From a bacterium (GTDB taxonomy: Bacteria > Cyanobacteriota > Vampirovibrionia > Gastranaerophilales > JBAXKC01), in the NCBI GenBank assembly GCA_037137535.1, contig JBAXKC010000004.1, positions 32,001 to 96,000 of the forward strand: a stretch of 64,000 nt of DNA, written 5' to 3'. A program made the translations under genes and the position numbers. The notes beneath the pieces were generated by a model, which saw only the letters and a program-made list of their open reading frames with translations, had not been told where the DNA came from and did not search any database. Positions 19,805 through 30,654 of the stretch are shown here, in pieces (the stretch's first letter is position 1; each line of letters opens with the position of its first letter).

Positions 19805-22423
19805 TTAAAACTTTTTTAACTTTGCAAATTTAGCATCTAAAGGCTTTAAACCTAATTTACCAAAATCAATATTATACATAATGTCCGACCCAAACTCTAA
19901 AACCTCTTTAACAGAGCCTATTCCGTATTTTTCATGAAAAACTCTATCACCTGCGTTAAAAAGCTCAAGTTTTTCTTCTTTTTCAATAGTAGCAACATAT
20001 TGTTCTGCTTTTTGTTGAATACCAAGTTGAAGCTGAAGATTTTCCGTCAAATGAGGTTTAACTTCTTCTAAGGAAGCCGCTTTAGGCTGTGAAGGAAGTT
20101 CTTTTTTCTCCTGTATTTTTTGTGTTAATTTAACAGGCTCAGGAGTTTTTTGAACGAAACTACTTTTAACAACAGGCTTTACAGGAGTTGGAGGTTTAAA
20201 GGCAGGGAGCTTATTAGTTGAACTAATAGGGGAATTAATATTATTTGAAGGTGCTTTATTCGCGGATTTAGGAGGAACAAAACTTTTTCCAAACCCTGAC
20301 GATGAAGGTAATTTTTCATAAGACGATGACAAAGGTTTGAAGCCACCACCAAAAGAACCTGACGGCTCAACTTTTCCATAATTATTTTCATAAGCGGATT
20401 TATGCCCATAAGAAGAATTAGCTTGCTCATTATTACGTCTTGAAGTAGAACCTCTGCTCATATCAGCTTCAAAAAGATGCTCTGGAATTTCTTCTAAAAA
20501 TCTACTCTTAGTGTAATATTTGTAATCACCATAAATAAGTCTTCTCTTTGCGTTAGTCATATAAAGAAGGTCTTCAGCTCTTGTTATACCTACATACATC
20601 AAGCGTCTTTCTTCTTCCATTTCATTTGTATCGTTTAATGAACGGGAATGAGGGAATATTCCTTCTTCAAGACCTGCTAAAAAGACAGCAGGAAATTCAA
20701 GACCTTTTGCCGCATGAAGTGTCATAAGAGTAACGCTTTCTTTTTCTTCTTCGAGCTGGTCAATATCGCTTACAAGAGCAACTTGAGAAAGAAACTCACC
20801 AAGATCATTACCGTTTTCTGTCTGTTCAAAGTTTCTGGCAACACTTACAAATTCCTGCAAGTTTTCAATTCTGCTTTCGGCTTCGTCTGTACCTTCTTCT
20901 TTCAGTTCATTAATATAACCTGTCGATTCAATTAAAGAAGCAATAAATTCGCTTAAACGCATTGTATTAAGTTTTTCTCTATATCCTGCAATTATTTTTG
21001 CAAAATCTTTTAATGCCTTTACTGTTTTTGCAGAGAAATTTTCTTCTTCCTCAATATTTTCAACAATGGAAAAAACGGTAGATTTCTTTGCTTTTGCTTT
21101 TTCATCAAGTTTTTTGATAGTTGTAGCACCGATAGAGCGTGCCGGAACATTAATTATTCTTTTTAAACTCTGTGAATCATTGGTGTTATATATTAATTTA
21201 AGATAAGAAACAATATCTTTAATTTCTTTTCGCTCATAGAACTTCATCCCACCAACCATAGTATAAGGAATACTTTTGGACATGAACGCTTCTTCTATAA
21301 CACGACTTTGTGCGTTTGTTCTGTATAATACGACACAATCCTTGTATTTATAGCCGTTTACAAGCAAATCTCTTATTTTACCTACAAGATAATATGCTTC
21401 TTCCTGTTCGTCATTAGCTTCAAAATAGCGTATGCTCTTACCTTTACCCTTATTTGAAACAAGCTTTTTATCAATCCTTTGGCTGTTATTTTGAATAACA
21501 TAATTCGCAGCCTGAAGAATTGTATCGGTAGAACGGTAATTTTGCTCAAGTTTAATAATGTCGGAAGTAGGATAATCTCTCTGAAAATTAAGAATAATCT
21601 TATAATCAGCACCACGCCAGCTGTAAATAGATTGGTCGACATCACCTACTACGCATAAACTTCTTTTTTTGAAGTCAGGCTTTTCATTTCCACCTGAAAA
21701 TAAACTTGAAATAAGTCTGTATTGCGCAAGGTTAGTATCCTGATACTCGTCAACCAGTATATGTTTAAATCTGTTATGATATTTCTGCAAAACTTCCGGA
21801 CATTTAGTAAGCAAATTTACAGACATTAAAAGTAAATCATCAAAATCTAAAGCGTTATTGGTTGATAACATTTGCTCATAGGTAATATAAAGCTTTGAAA
21901 TTATTTCAGCTCTATAGTCTTTAGCTTTTGTAGCATAAGTAAAGGCATTCTGCATTTTATTTTTTGCCATACTTATAGCCGCTTGAACCATTTTAGGCTG
22001 ATAAACCTTCTCATCGAGATTATCAGCTTTTATTGCCTGTTTAATAAGACTTGAACTGTCATTTGAGTCAAAAATAACAAAGTTTTTTTGCCATGTCTGA
22101 CCATCTTCATTTTTATAATTTTCTATATCATATCTTAAAATACGCCCGCAAATATTGTGAAACGTACCTACCCAAAGATTTTTAACTATATCTTCACCTA
22201 AAATAGCGGTAAGACGAGATTTCATTTCTTTTGCAGCTTTATTGGTAAAGGTTACCGCCAAAATTTCATGCGGATTAACGCCCTTTTTAATTAAATAAGC
22301 GATTCTACTTGTTAATACTTTTGTTTTTCCGCTTCCTGCACCTGCAAGAACCAGCAAAGCACCTTCATCATGAGCTACTGCTTCTTTTTGTTGGGGATTT
22401 AACCCGTTTATAATCTCTTCCAT
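19805..22423 (-). CDS. pcrA: ATP-dependent DNA helicase PcrA/UvrD
   Basis: AGAGSGKT, VDEYQDTN, VGDVDQSIY, LEQNYRS, HAAKGLEF and YVGITRA motifs; C-terminal Tudor-like VFHEKYGIG. Confidence 0.96.
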   Translation of the reverse strand: MEEIINGLNPQQKEAVAHDEGALLVLAGAGSGKTKVLTSRIAYLIKKGVNPHEILAVTFTNKAAKEMKSRLTAILGEDIVKNLWVGTFHNICGRILRYDIENYKNEDGQTWQKNFVIFDSNDSSSLIKQAIKADNLDEKVYQPKMVQAAISMAKNKMQNAFTYATKAKDYRAEIISKLYITYEQMLSTNNALDFDDLLLMSVNLLTKCPEVLQKYHNRFKHILVDEYQDTNLAQYRLISSLFSGGNEKPDFKKRSLCVVGDVDQSIYSWRGADYKIILNFQRDYPTSDIIKLEQNYRSTDTILQAANYVIQNNSQRIDKKLVSNKGKGKSIRYFEANDEQEEAYYLVGKIRDLLVNGYKYKDCVVLYRTNAQSRVIEEAFMSKSIPYTMVGGMKFYERKEIKDIVSYLKLIYNTNDSQSLKRIINVPARSIGATTIKKLDEKAKAKKSTVFSIVENIEEEENFSAKTVKALKDFAKIIAGYREKLNTMRLSEFIASLIESTGYINELKEEGTDEAESRIENLQEFVSVARNFEQTENGNDLGEFLSQVALVSDIDQLEEEKESVTLMTLHAAKGLEFPAVFLAGLEEGIFPHSRSLNDTNEMEEERRLMYVGITRAEDLLYMTNAKRRLIYGDYKYYTKSRFLEEIPEHLFEADMSRGSTSRRNNEQANSSYGHKSAYENNYGKVEPSGSFGGGFKPLSSSYEKLPSSSGFGKSFVPPKSANKAPSNNINSPISSTNKLPAFKPPTPVKPVVKSSFVQKTPEPVKLTQKIQEKKELPSQPKAASLEEVKPHLTENLQLQLGIQQKAEQYVATIEKEEKLELFNAGDRVFHEKYGIGSVKEVLEFGSDIMYNIDFGKLGLKPLDAKFAKLKKF

Positions 22424-22751
22424 TCATCCTACCTGATTTATATTTAAAGAATTAGGTCTATTATAAAACAGACATGCTGATATTTTTTTTAATTATATAT
22501 TTTATTAACTTAAAAAACAGAAGTCATAAATATAATAGAATTCAGCTAATACGAAGTAAACAAAGAATTAATCAAAGAAAATAGATGCTAAATATAAAAC
22601 TATTTTTCACTTACATTATGCAATATTTGAAAATATTTGTTTTTAATGGTTAAATAGTAGCTGTTCAATTAAGTTTTTTTCTTATAGAATAAATCTACTG
22701 AATTTTTATTGATTCCTTGTCTTGTAAGTAGTAAAAAATGAAGGATTAGCG

Positions 22752-23306
22752 ATGTCTGATAACAAAGAACATAAAACAATAATGGTACCTTTAGATGACT
22801 TAGACAGTCCTGATGACTCTGGTGATACTGTTGATCAATTAGCTCTTGAGCTTGCAACAATTCAACAGACTGCAAAAAAAATTGCGATGATCGGTAGCAG
22901 AAACCTTCCGATTACTCATCAGCAAATTATTGAAACACTATCATTTGCACTTGCAGTTCAAGGAAATCTTGTAATAACCAGCGGCGGTTCAAGTGGTACT
23001 AACGCAGCGGCAATCAGAGGAGCAATGAAGGCAGATCCTTCAAAACTTAAAGTTATTCTTCCTCAAACAATCGGTCAACAGCCATCTGATGTTCAAGACC
23101 AATTAATTGGTATTCCTAATATTGTCGAACATCCTGACAGAGCTATGATGACTCTTGCAGATGCAAGCCGTATCTGTAACAGAGAAATCATTGACGATTG
23201 CCAGCAACTAATCTGCTTCTTATCACACACCAGCGGAACTTTACATAAAGCTATCGCTTACGCTGAAGATACTCATAAAGTAGTTACCGTATTCTACTTA
23301 GATTAG
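22752..23306 (+). CDS. SLOG/DprA-like Rossmann-fold protein of the cyanobacterial type
   Basis: IAMIGSR, ITSGG.GTNAAAIRGA and CNREII motifs; C-terminal VTVFYLD. Confidence 0.75.
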   Translation: MSDNKEHKTIMVPLDDLDSPDDSGDTVDQLALELATIQQTAKKIAMIGSRNLPITHQQIIETLSFALAVQGNLVITSGGSSGTNAAAIRGAMKADPSKLKVILPQTIGQQPSDVQDQLIGIPNIVEHPDRAMMTLADASRICNREIIDDCQQLICFLSHTSGTLHKAIAYAEDTHKVVTVFYLD

Positions 23307-23333
23307 TTTGATTTATAATTAATAATAATTCTA

Positions 23334-23362
23334 TAATAGTGTAGTTATTTAGCTACACTATT
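23334..23362 (+). terminator. Inverted repeat after the SLOG gene
   Basis: AATAGTGTAG...CTACACTATT. Confidence 0.55.
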
Positions 23363-23402
23363 TAGTACATAAAAACAAAATTAACAATAAAGGCAAAATT
23401 AA

Positions 23403-24569
23403 ATGGAAACAAAAGAAATTTGTACTGAGATTGACTTATCAAAAAGTATTGGGATTGTAGAAACAAAATATTTTACCTATGAAGGCAAAATTAAATTTGA
23501 AAGCGGAGTTGAATTCGGGCCTATTACTATTGCCTATGAAACTTACGGAGAATTAAACAGCGAACGAAATAACACTATCATGGTATTTCACGCACTATCA
23601 GGAGACGCCCACGCAGCAGGTTATTATGAAGAAGATAAAAAACCGGGTTGGTGGGATGACATGATAGGCCCCGGGAAAGCCTTTGATACAAACAAATATT
23701 TTGTAATCTGTTCAAACTTTTTAGGTGGATGCAAAGGAACAACAGGTCCTTCTTCCATTAATCCCGAAACAGGAAAACCTTACGGAACAGACTTTCCAAT
23801 GATTACCATCGGAGATATGGTAAAATGCCAGAAAAAACTTATTGAATACTTAGAAATTCCTTCAATATTATGTGTTGCAGGTGGTTCGATGGGTGGAATG
23901 CAAGCTATGGAATGGACTGCAACCTATCCTGATATGGTTAAATCAACAATTGTAATTGCTTCAACCAGTCGACTGTCTACTCAAAGCATAGCCTTTAATG
24001 AAGTAGGAAGAAACGCAATTATTTCAGACCCAGAATGGAATAACGGAAACTATTATGAAAACACCGTACCCTCAAGGGGGCTGTCAATAGCAAGGATGAT
24101 CGGACATATTACCTATTTAAGCCAAGAATCAATGCACGAAAAATTTGGAAGAAGACTTCAAGATAAAACCCATTTAGACTTTAGTTTTGATATAGATTTT
24201 CAAGTGGAAAGCTATTTAAGACACCAAGGGAAAACCTTTGTTCAAAGGTTTGATGCTAATAGCTATCTCTATATCACAAGAGCTATGGACTATTTTGACC
24301 TTCAAGCAAAATATGGAAGTCTTGCAAAAGCCTTTAACGAATCAAACTCAAAATTCTTAGTAATTTCTTATACGTCTGACTGGTTATTCACTCCAAATCA
24401 ATCTAAAGAAATTGTAAGTGCTTTAATGAATGCGGATAAAGAAGTTTCTTATGTAAATATTGACTCTCCATACGGACATGATGCATTTTTACTTGAAGAA
24501 AAAGTTCAAACAAAGATAATTAACGGTTTTTTAAATGATATTTCATCAAAAATATTATCCGAAGTTTAG
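23403..24569 (+). CDS. metX: Homoserine O-acetyltransferase
   Basis: [21 protein letters not shown] and GHDAFL motifs. Confidence 0.95.
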   Translation: METKEICTEIDLSKSIGIVETKYFTYEGKIKFESGVEFGPITIAYETYGELNSERNNTIMVFHALSGDAHAAGYYEEDKKPGWWDDMIGPGKAFDTNKYFVICSNFLGGCKGTTGPSSINPETGKPYGTDFPMITIGDMVKCQKKLIEYLEIPSILCVAGGSMGGMQAMEWTATYPDMVKSTIVIASTSRLSTQSIAFNEVGRNAIISDPEWNNGNYYENTVPSRGLSIARMIGHITYLSQESMHEKFGRRLQDKTHLDFSFDIDFQVESYLRHQGKTFVQRFDANSYLYITRAMDYFDLQAKYGSLAKAFNESNSKFLVISYTSDWLFTPNQSKEIVSALMNADKEVSYVNIDSPYGHDAFLLEEKVQTKIINGFLNDISSKILSEV

Positions 24570-24580
24570 GCGGTAAGAAA

Positions 24581-25219
24581 ATGAAAAAGAAAAAAATCAG
24601 CGAACATTACTTAAAATCTAAAGGCTTACATCTAAATTATTCTATAATTTCAGACCTCATCGAAAAAAATGCAAAAGTTTTAGATTTGGGTTGCGGCTCA
24701 GGCGAGCTTTTAAAACTCTTAAAAGAAAAGAAAAACATTTCGGGAAGAGGCATTGAGATTGATCAAGATAATGTAATTTCCTGCATAGAAAAAGGAATTT
24801 CAGTATTTCAGGGCGATCTTGACGAAGGATTAGCCGAATATGAAGAAAAAGCCTATGATTATGTAGTTTTAAGCCAGACATTACAATGGACGAAAAAACC
24901 TGATTATGTAATAGATGAAATGCTCAGAGTAGGGAAAAAAGGCGTTATAAGTTTTCCTAACTTTGCATACTGGCGAGTACGATGTCAGCTGTTTTTCGGA
25001 GGATTTATGCCAAAATCTAAAATGCTTCCGTTTGAATGGTTTAATACTCCAAACATTCACCTTTTAACAATTAATGATTTTAGAAAATTCTGCAAAGAAA
25101 GAAATATTAAAATTATTGATGAAAGCTATACAACCCGTGCTTGCGTAAGAAACGGATTTTTCCATAAATTATTGTCAAATATATTTGCAGAAGAGGTAAT
25201 ATTCATTGTTACAAGATAA
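24581..25219 (+). CDS. metW: Methionine biosynthesis protein MetW
   Basis: VLDLGCGSG, LSQTLQ, FPNFAYW and TPNIH motifs; follows metX. Confidence 0.93.
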   Translation: MKKKKISEHYLKSKGLHLNYSIISDLIEKNAKVLDLGCGSGELLKLLKEKKNISGRGIEIDQDNVISCIEKGISVFQGDLDEGLAEYEEKAYDYVVLSQTLQWTKKPDYVIDEMLRVGKKGVISFPNFAYWRVRCQLFFGGFMPKSKMLPFEWFNTPNIHLLTINDFRKFCKERNIKIIDESYTTRACVRNGFFHKLLSNIFAEEVIFIVTR

Positions 25220-26648
25220 TAAAATAGAAATAAACAATGCTATAACAAGCATAGAAGAAGATGATGACACACAATTCAGTAAATCTCTAGGGATTTTTGA
25301 TGCAGTTGCAATTATTTCAGGCTCAATGATAGGCTCAGGTATTTTTATAGTATCTGCTGAAACTTTAAGACAGATACAATCACCTGTTCTATTACTCATT
25401 ATATGGGCTATTACAGGAATTATGAGTATAGCAGGCGGTCTTTGCTTTGGTGAGCTTGCAGTCAGATTCCCTGAAGCGGGAGGACAATATGTTTACCTTA
25501 AAAAAGCGTGGGGTAATCTTGTCGGTTTCCTTTACGGATGGACTTTTTTCCTCGTAATAGAATCAGGAGCAATAGCGGCTGTTTCTGTTGCTTTTGCCAA
25601 ATTCATAGGAAGAGTTCTACCTTTTATTTCAACTAAACACTATTTATTACATTCAAACATTATAAATATTTCATATGTCCAAGTGCTGGCAATAGCCTTA
25701 ATCTTCTTGATTACCTACATCAACATGCAGGGGGTTCAATGGGGAGCTTTAGTTCAAAAAGTATTCACAAGTACAAAAATTGTAGCGTTGGTTGCAATTC
25801 TTATTTGCGGATTGACATTAGGGCTGAACATGGACGTTATAAGACATAACTTTTTAGAAATCCCTACTTTTCCAACATTCCACATGAATATTTTCTCTGC
25901 AGTAGCAGCAGCACTTGTCGGAGCATTATTTGCGGCTGATTCTTGGAATAGCGGAACTTTCGTAGCAGCAGAAATGAAAGAGCCGACTAAAGACCTTCCT
26001 AAAGCATTATTTTGGGGCATTTTAGCGGTAGTTAGCCTTTATTTCCTCACCAATGTAATCTATTTATCAGTTTTAAACGTTGAACAAATAAAAACAGCGG
26101 CTGAAGATATAGTTGGCATAGCCCTTATGAAACAAATCTTAGGCACACCGGGAATTATTGCAACAGCAATTGTAATAGCCATTTCAGCTTTCGGAGCCGT
26201 AAACGGAATGGTTTTAACAGGCGCAAGAGTTTATTATGCAATGGCAAAAGACGGTTTATTTTTTAAAGGAATGGCAAAGCTAAATCACAAAACAGCCGTT
26301 CCACAAAATGCAATCATTGCTCAATGCATATGGGCAAGCTTTTTAACATTAAGCGGAAGTTTCTCACAATTACTTGATTATGTAATATTTGCAGCCTTAT
26401 TCTTCTATATTCTTACAGTTGGCGGCTTATTTATAATCAGAAAAAAAGACAGCGAACCGTTTGATTATAAAGGCTCTTTCTATCCGTTCTTACCTGCATT
26501 ATATTGCACATTAGCAGGATTTACGGCTGTAAACCTTTTAATATATAAGACAGAGTATTCTTTATACGGTTTATTGATTATATTAAGCGGAGTACCGATT
26601 TATTTCTTCTGGAGATACAAGAATCGTAAGAAACTTAGCACTAAATAG
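25206..26648 (+). CDS. APC-family amino acid permease
   Basis: IGSGIF and PEAGGQYVY motifs; about 12 TM segments. Confidence 0.92.
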   Translation: MLQDNKIEINNAITSIEEDDDTQFSKSLGIFDAVAIISGSMIGSGIFIVSAETLRQIQSPVLLLIIWAITGIMSIAGGLCFGELAVRFPEAGGQYVYLKKAWGNLVGFLYGWTFFLVIESGAIAAVSVAFAKFIGRVLPFISTKHYLLHSNIINISYVQVLAIALIFLITYINMQGVQWGALVQKVFTSTKIVALVAILICGLTLGLNMDVIRHNFLEIPTFPTFHMNIFSAVAAALVGALFAADSWNSGTFVAAEMKEPTKDLPKALFWGILAVVSLYFLTNVIYLSVLNVEQIKTAAEDIVGIALMKQILGTPGIIATAIVIAISAFGAVNGMVLTGARVYYAMAKDGLFFKGMAKLNHKTAVPQNAIIAQCIWASFLTLSGSFSQLLDYVIFAALFFYILTVGGLFIIRKKDSEPFDYKGSFYPFLPALYCTLAGFTAVNLLIYKTEYSLYGLLIILSGVPIYFFWRYKNRKKLSTK

Positions 26649-26704
26649 AAATTTAGATTAACTTTTGTAACAATAATTAGTTTTCTAACATTAAAAAGAC
26701 AAAC

Positions 26705-26755
26705 GAACTCCCCCGAAATTGTTTATATACATGAGCATTAAACAAGGGGGAGTTC
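26705..26755 (+). promoter_or_regulatory. 5'-UTR hairpin sequestering the RBS
   Basis: GAACTCCCCC(26705-14)/GGGGGAGTTC(26746-55) plus TTGTTTA/TAAACAA, ending immediately before ATG 26756. Confidence 0.65.
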
Positions 26756-27454
26756 ATGTATAATACATTAAAAAAGATTTCTGAATTTATATCAGGGAAA
26801 AAACTAAAAGCTAACAAACCTCTTTCAAAAAAAGCCGTTTCTTTCCTTCAATCAAATGAAAACTTACAATTGAACAGCAAAGAAAAACTTAAAATAGATA
26901 AAGTAAGTTTTGATGCAAAAAAAATACTTAAAAATTTCATCAAAAAACCGAATGAACTGCTAAAATTCATTGAAAGCAAAGGAACTATTGTCATACAGGC
27001 AAAAGGCATTGAAAAAATGTTCCGTCTTATAGGCCATGAAGAAGGGTTTATTTATCCACTTACAGGCTCTAAGGCTTTAACTCTTTCAATTGCAATTAAT
27101 ATACTTGCACCAGGGAAAATCAAAATCTCAAACAAAACACCACTTATGTTTGTAGCAAGAAAAGGGCCTTTAAGCGTGTATAGCCTTGCACATCAATTCT
27201 ATCACTGGGTTTCTTATGTTAAAGGACTACCAGGCTATGAAGAAGAAACCATCTCTAACTTTAAAAACATCTGGAGCACTGAATTTAACGCACAAACCGC
27301 ACCGCTTATGAATGTTGACGAAATCCTTGCCCTTAAAGAGGCAATATCAAGAGATATGGAAGCAATACAATTCGTTAAAGAAATTTCAAGAGAATTCATC
27401 GGCTCAAAAAAATCTCTTGATAAGCTAAAACAGGGTGAAACGCTTAATATATAG
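26756..27454 (+). CDS. Hypothetical protein (HQxxH, degenerate zincin-like motif)
   Basis: 232-aa ORF containing LAHQFYHW. Confidence 0.75.
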   Translation: MYNTLKKISEFISGKKLKANKPLSKKAVSFLQSNENLQLNSKEKLKIDKVSFDAKKILKNFIKKPNELLKFIESKGTIVIQAKGIEKMFRLIGHEEGFIYPLTGSKALTLSIAINILAPGKIKISNKTPLMFVARKGPLSVYSLAHQFYHWVSYVKGLPGYEEETISNFKNIWSTEFNAQTAPLMNVDEILALKEAISRDMEAIQFVKEISREFIGSKKSLDKLKQGETLNI

Positions 27455-27463
27455 AGATAAATA
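27395..27463 (+). repeat. 69-bp direct repeat, copy 1 (3' end of the 26756 gene)
   Basis: Matches 28573-28641 with one mismatch. Confidence 0.95.
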
Positions 27464-27505
27464 AAACTTTTAACTATAAAGCAAAAGATATTCTATAAAT
27501 TATTT

Positions 27506-27527
27506 CTATGCAATTATAATTGCATAG
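27506..27527. other. Perfect 22-bp palindrome (terminator or operator)
   Basis: CTATGCAATTATAATTGCATAG followed by TTTTT. Confidence 0.7.
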
Positions 27528-27592
27528 TTTTTAATTTCACAATGATTCAATAAATTTAAAAATCAATATATTAAAGGTAATAAATCAGATAA

Positions 27593-28543
27593 ATGGATAG
27601 CAAAATCACTTCAACTCAAAATTCATATCAATTGTTAATGCAAAATCATTTGCAAGCTAATAGCTGTAAAAAAGCATCAAATGATTTAGCTAAATCTGTA
27701 ACCATTTTAAATAATCCTGCCAATCCGACTACTGAAGTTATTAAATCCTCAACTAAAAAAGAAACCGATATAAAAACAGAGCAACGTGATAAAAGCAATA
27801 AAAAGCTACTTATAGGAGCTACTGTTTTAGTACTTACAGGAATAAATTTAGCTATATTTCATAAACAAATAAAAGCTAAATTTAATGAATTAATTGAAAA
27901 TTTTGGATTTATTCAAAAAAATGAAAAAAGCAACATACCTCAAATTATAAATAATTACGCAGATAATTCAGATAAGGCTGTTGGCGAAGCAAAGGAGATT
28001 ATTGAAGAAAATTCTCTTCTTAATGAAGTTGATAATAACTTAGGGCATTCTAAAGAGGTTATTGAACAAAATACAAAAGAGATTTTAACTCCTCAAGTAC
28101 AGAGTTTTATAAATAATTGGAAAAAAGGTGAAGAATCAATTAAAAAATATATAGAAAGTTTAAAAGACAATGAAAAAACTTATCAACGCAATATGCCCCA
28201 CCATAAAAATTTGTCAGAAACTGATTTTAATAATTTATTTGACGAAAAAATTTGGCCCGATAAAAAAATTACTAAAATAAATACTCTAAAAACTTCTATC
28301 AAAAACAACTTAACTGATTGTCAAAAAAATGGTAACACAAGTGGAAGTTTTGGAATTGTAGGATTTACCAGTCCTCTTATAGAAGATTATTTAGCTTTTG
28401 CACAAAAAATTGCCAATGAACAAGGTTTTGAAATTATCAACATAAGAAAATCTACAATAGATGCCGTTGTATATGACTTAAAACCTTTAAATTTAAGTCA
28501 AGAGGAATTATTAAAAGCAATCCAGACTGCTAAAAATACATAG
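27593..28543 (+). CDS. Hypothetical protein with low-complexity leader and one TM helix
   Basis: 316-aa ORF with hydrophobic LLIGATVLVLTGINLAIF. Confidence 0.75.
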   Translation: MDSKITSTQNSYQLLMQNHLQANSCKKASNDLAKSVTILNNPANPTTEVIKSSTKKETDIKTEQRDKSNKKLLIGATVLVLTGINLAIFHKQIKAKFNELIENFGFIQKNEKSNIPQIINNYADNSDKAVGEAKEIIEENSLLNEVDNNLGHSKEVIEQNTKEILTPQVQSFINNWKKGEESIKKYIESLKDNEKTYQRNMPHHKNLSETDFNNLFDEKIWPDKKITKINTLKTSIKNNLTDCQKNGNTSGSFGIVGFTSPLIEDYLAFAQKIANEQGFEIINIRKSTIDAVVYDLKPLNLSQEELLKAIQTAKNT

Positions 28544-28572
28544 AACAGCCTTAATTATGAATCTCAATAGAG

Positions 28573-28641
28573 TTCATCAGCTCAAAAAAATCTCTTGATA
28601 AGCTAAAACAGGGTGAAACGCTTAATATATAGAGATAAATA
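28573..28641 (+). repeat. 69-bp direct repeat, copy 2
   Basis: Duplicate of 27395-27463, offset 1178 bp. Confidence 0.95.
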
Positions 28642-28909
28642 CTTGTAAACATCATAACTATAAATTAATATATATTTAAATGAAAAAATATTCGGCAAAT
28701 GATTCATATAGTAATCATCTTTAATTTTTTAAAAAATAAAAGACGAAAGTATTAACAATGAATTCTTATCTGCTATTTGTATAATAAAAATATTTTACAG
28801 AGAGAACAAAAAATGTTGTCATCTTGTTAAATCAACCCAAAGATACAAGAAATTACAGGCTTAATACTTCTATCTAAATTTTAATATTAGAAAGAGATTA
28901 TTTAATAAG

Positions 28910-30622
28910 ATGCAAATCGATAAAGAAAAAAGAAATCCTTCAAAAAATTATATCTCAACATTTTTTTGGTTAGGTATAATTTTATTTTTTATTATAATAA
29001 TTTGTTCTTTCCTCCCTCCTACAAAATATTTTGTGCGTTATGATAACATCATTACTATAATCATGGTCGCAATCACAACTGCAATCATAACTTTTAATAA
29101 TGACAATAGCTTTTCAATACGTCAATGCTTTATATTATCAGGAATTTACACTTTATCTGTTTGCCTGGCAGAAGGAATTGCCTCTTTAGCTTTAGCTATA
29201 CTTTGTATTATAAGCATAATAGGTCTTATCGTCCTTGGCTTTTATTTGACTTATAGACAAGATATAATTACAGATTTTCTTACTTCTGCATTTTCCAGAT
29301 TTATTTATGCTTTTTCAACAATCTGGATTACAAACCAATTATGTTTAATGATTAAAGAATTATCAAGCTCAATTAACAAAATTCAAATTAAGCAACTTGC
29401 ATTTAAAGCAATTATTTTTGTTCTAACAGGTTTTTCTTCAATACTTATTTGCAACTTTATAGATTCAATTGCCCATAATTATATAACTGACTCTATTTTT
29501 AGTATTAGCTCAAATACAAAAATTATTGCGACTAAAACAGGTAATATTTTTCTTTCGAATGAGCCTAGTATTTATAATACTTATGAAAGAAGATTAACTA
29601 ATATTGGTAAGTCTTTAAAACATTATGGGTCATTTACAATTCTGCCTGATAATAAAATTCTTTTTTCAGGCTGTAAAACTTTTGAACATGGAATAACAAC
29701 TAGCTTCAAAGAAGCTACTATATTTGATTTAAACAAATTAGAATTTAGACCTACTGGTAATATGAATATAGCTCAATGGGAATCTGCTACGGTCTTATTA
29801 CCAAATAACAATGTATTATTTATTGATAATAATGAAAATAATAAAAGAACGGAACTATATAATATTAAGACAGGTAAATTCACTTTTTCTGGAAATAACA
29901 TACTTCCTTTATCAAATCCACGTATCATCGTCTTAAATAAAAGAACAGCCTTTGTCTATGGTTATATGTACAACGTAGGCTATAAGGCAGAATTATATGA
30001 TATCAATTCAGGTAAATTTTATTTACCTAAAAACCCAAGCAAATCAGAAAGCTCCTTTACTCCTATAAAACTGAATAATGGTAAATTACTTATAATTGGA
30101 ACTTCCGGAGAAGACCAAAACCAAAAATATATTACTGAAATTTATAATCCAGCCTCAAATTCCTTCTCTCGAACAAATGGAAACTCTATTATTGATCGAG
30201 TTAAGCCTGATTTTGAATTATTAGCAGACGGAAAGATATTAATAATTGGTGGCGATAGAAATAGCTTAAATAAAGCTGAATTATTTGACCCAAAAACAGA
30301 AACATATACTGCTGCGGGGCAAATGTCTAAACGCACACAATCAGATTTTGGAGGATATTCCTCTATCACGTTGCCAAATAAAAAAATATTATTTATTGGT
30401 GGCAGTGAAGGAGTTGGAGAGGGAACAAATTATGTTAAAACTATAGAAATATATGACCCAAAAACAATGAAATTTAAAATAATTGGAAATATGAGAAAAC
30501 GCAGAGACAAGCCAGAATGTGTAATCAGTAACAATAAATTATACATTATTGGTGGAGAGAGAGATGAAAGACCAGATACAGGAATAACTGGAGAAGTTCT
30601 TGATTTGAACAAATTCAAATAA
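28910..30622 (+). CDS. Multi-TM protein with C-terminal Kelch-repeat beta-propeller
   Basis: About 6 N-terminal TM helices, then repeated L.DGKILIIGG...AELFDP units. Confidence 0.85.
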   Translation: MQIDKEKRNPSKNYISTFFWLGIILFFIIIICSFLPPTKYFVRYDNIITIIMVAITTAIITFNNDNSFSIRQCFILSGIYTLSVCLAEGIASLALAILCIISIIGLIVLGFYLTYRQDIITDFLTSAFSRFIYAFSTIWITNQLCLMIKELSSSINKIQIKQLAFKAIIFVLTGFSSILICNFIDSIAHNYITDSIFSISSNTKIIATKTGNIFLSNEPSIYNTYERRLTNIGKSLKHYGSFTILPDNKILFSGCKTFEHGITTSFKEATIFDLNKLEFRPTGNMNIAQWESATVLLPNNNVLFIDNNENNKRTELYNIKTGKFTFSGNNILPLSNPRIIVLNKRTAFVYGYMYNVGYKAELYDINSGKFYLPKNPSKSESSFTPIKLNNGKLLIIGTSGEDQNQKYITEIYNPASNSFSRTNGNSIIDRVKPDFELLADGKILIIGGDRNSLNKAELFDPKTETYTAAGQMSKRTQSDFGGYSSITLPNKKILFIGGSEGVGEGTNYVKTIEIYDPKTMKFKIIGNMRKRRDKPECVISNNKLYIIGGERDERPDTGITGEVLDLNKFK

Positions 30623-30654
30623 ATTGGTTTATTGCTAAAATAACAAACTAACCC

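Noticed and set aside
23307-23402. SAM riboswitch or T-box upstream of metX
   Set aside because: The intergenic region is under 100 bp, AT-rich, and holds only a simple inverted repeat.
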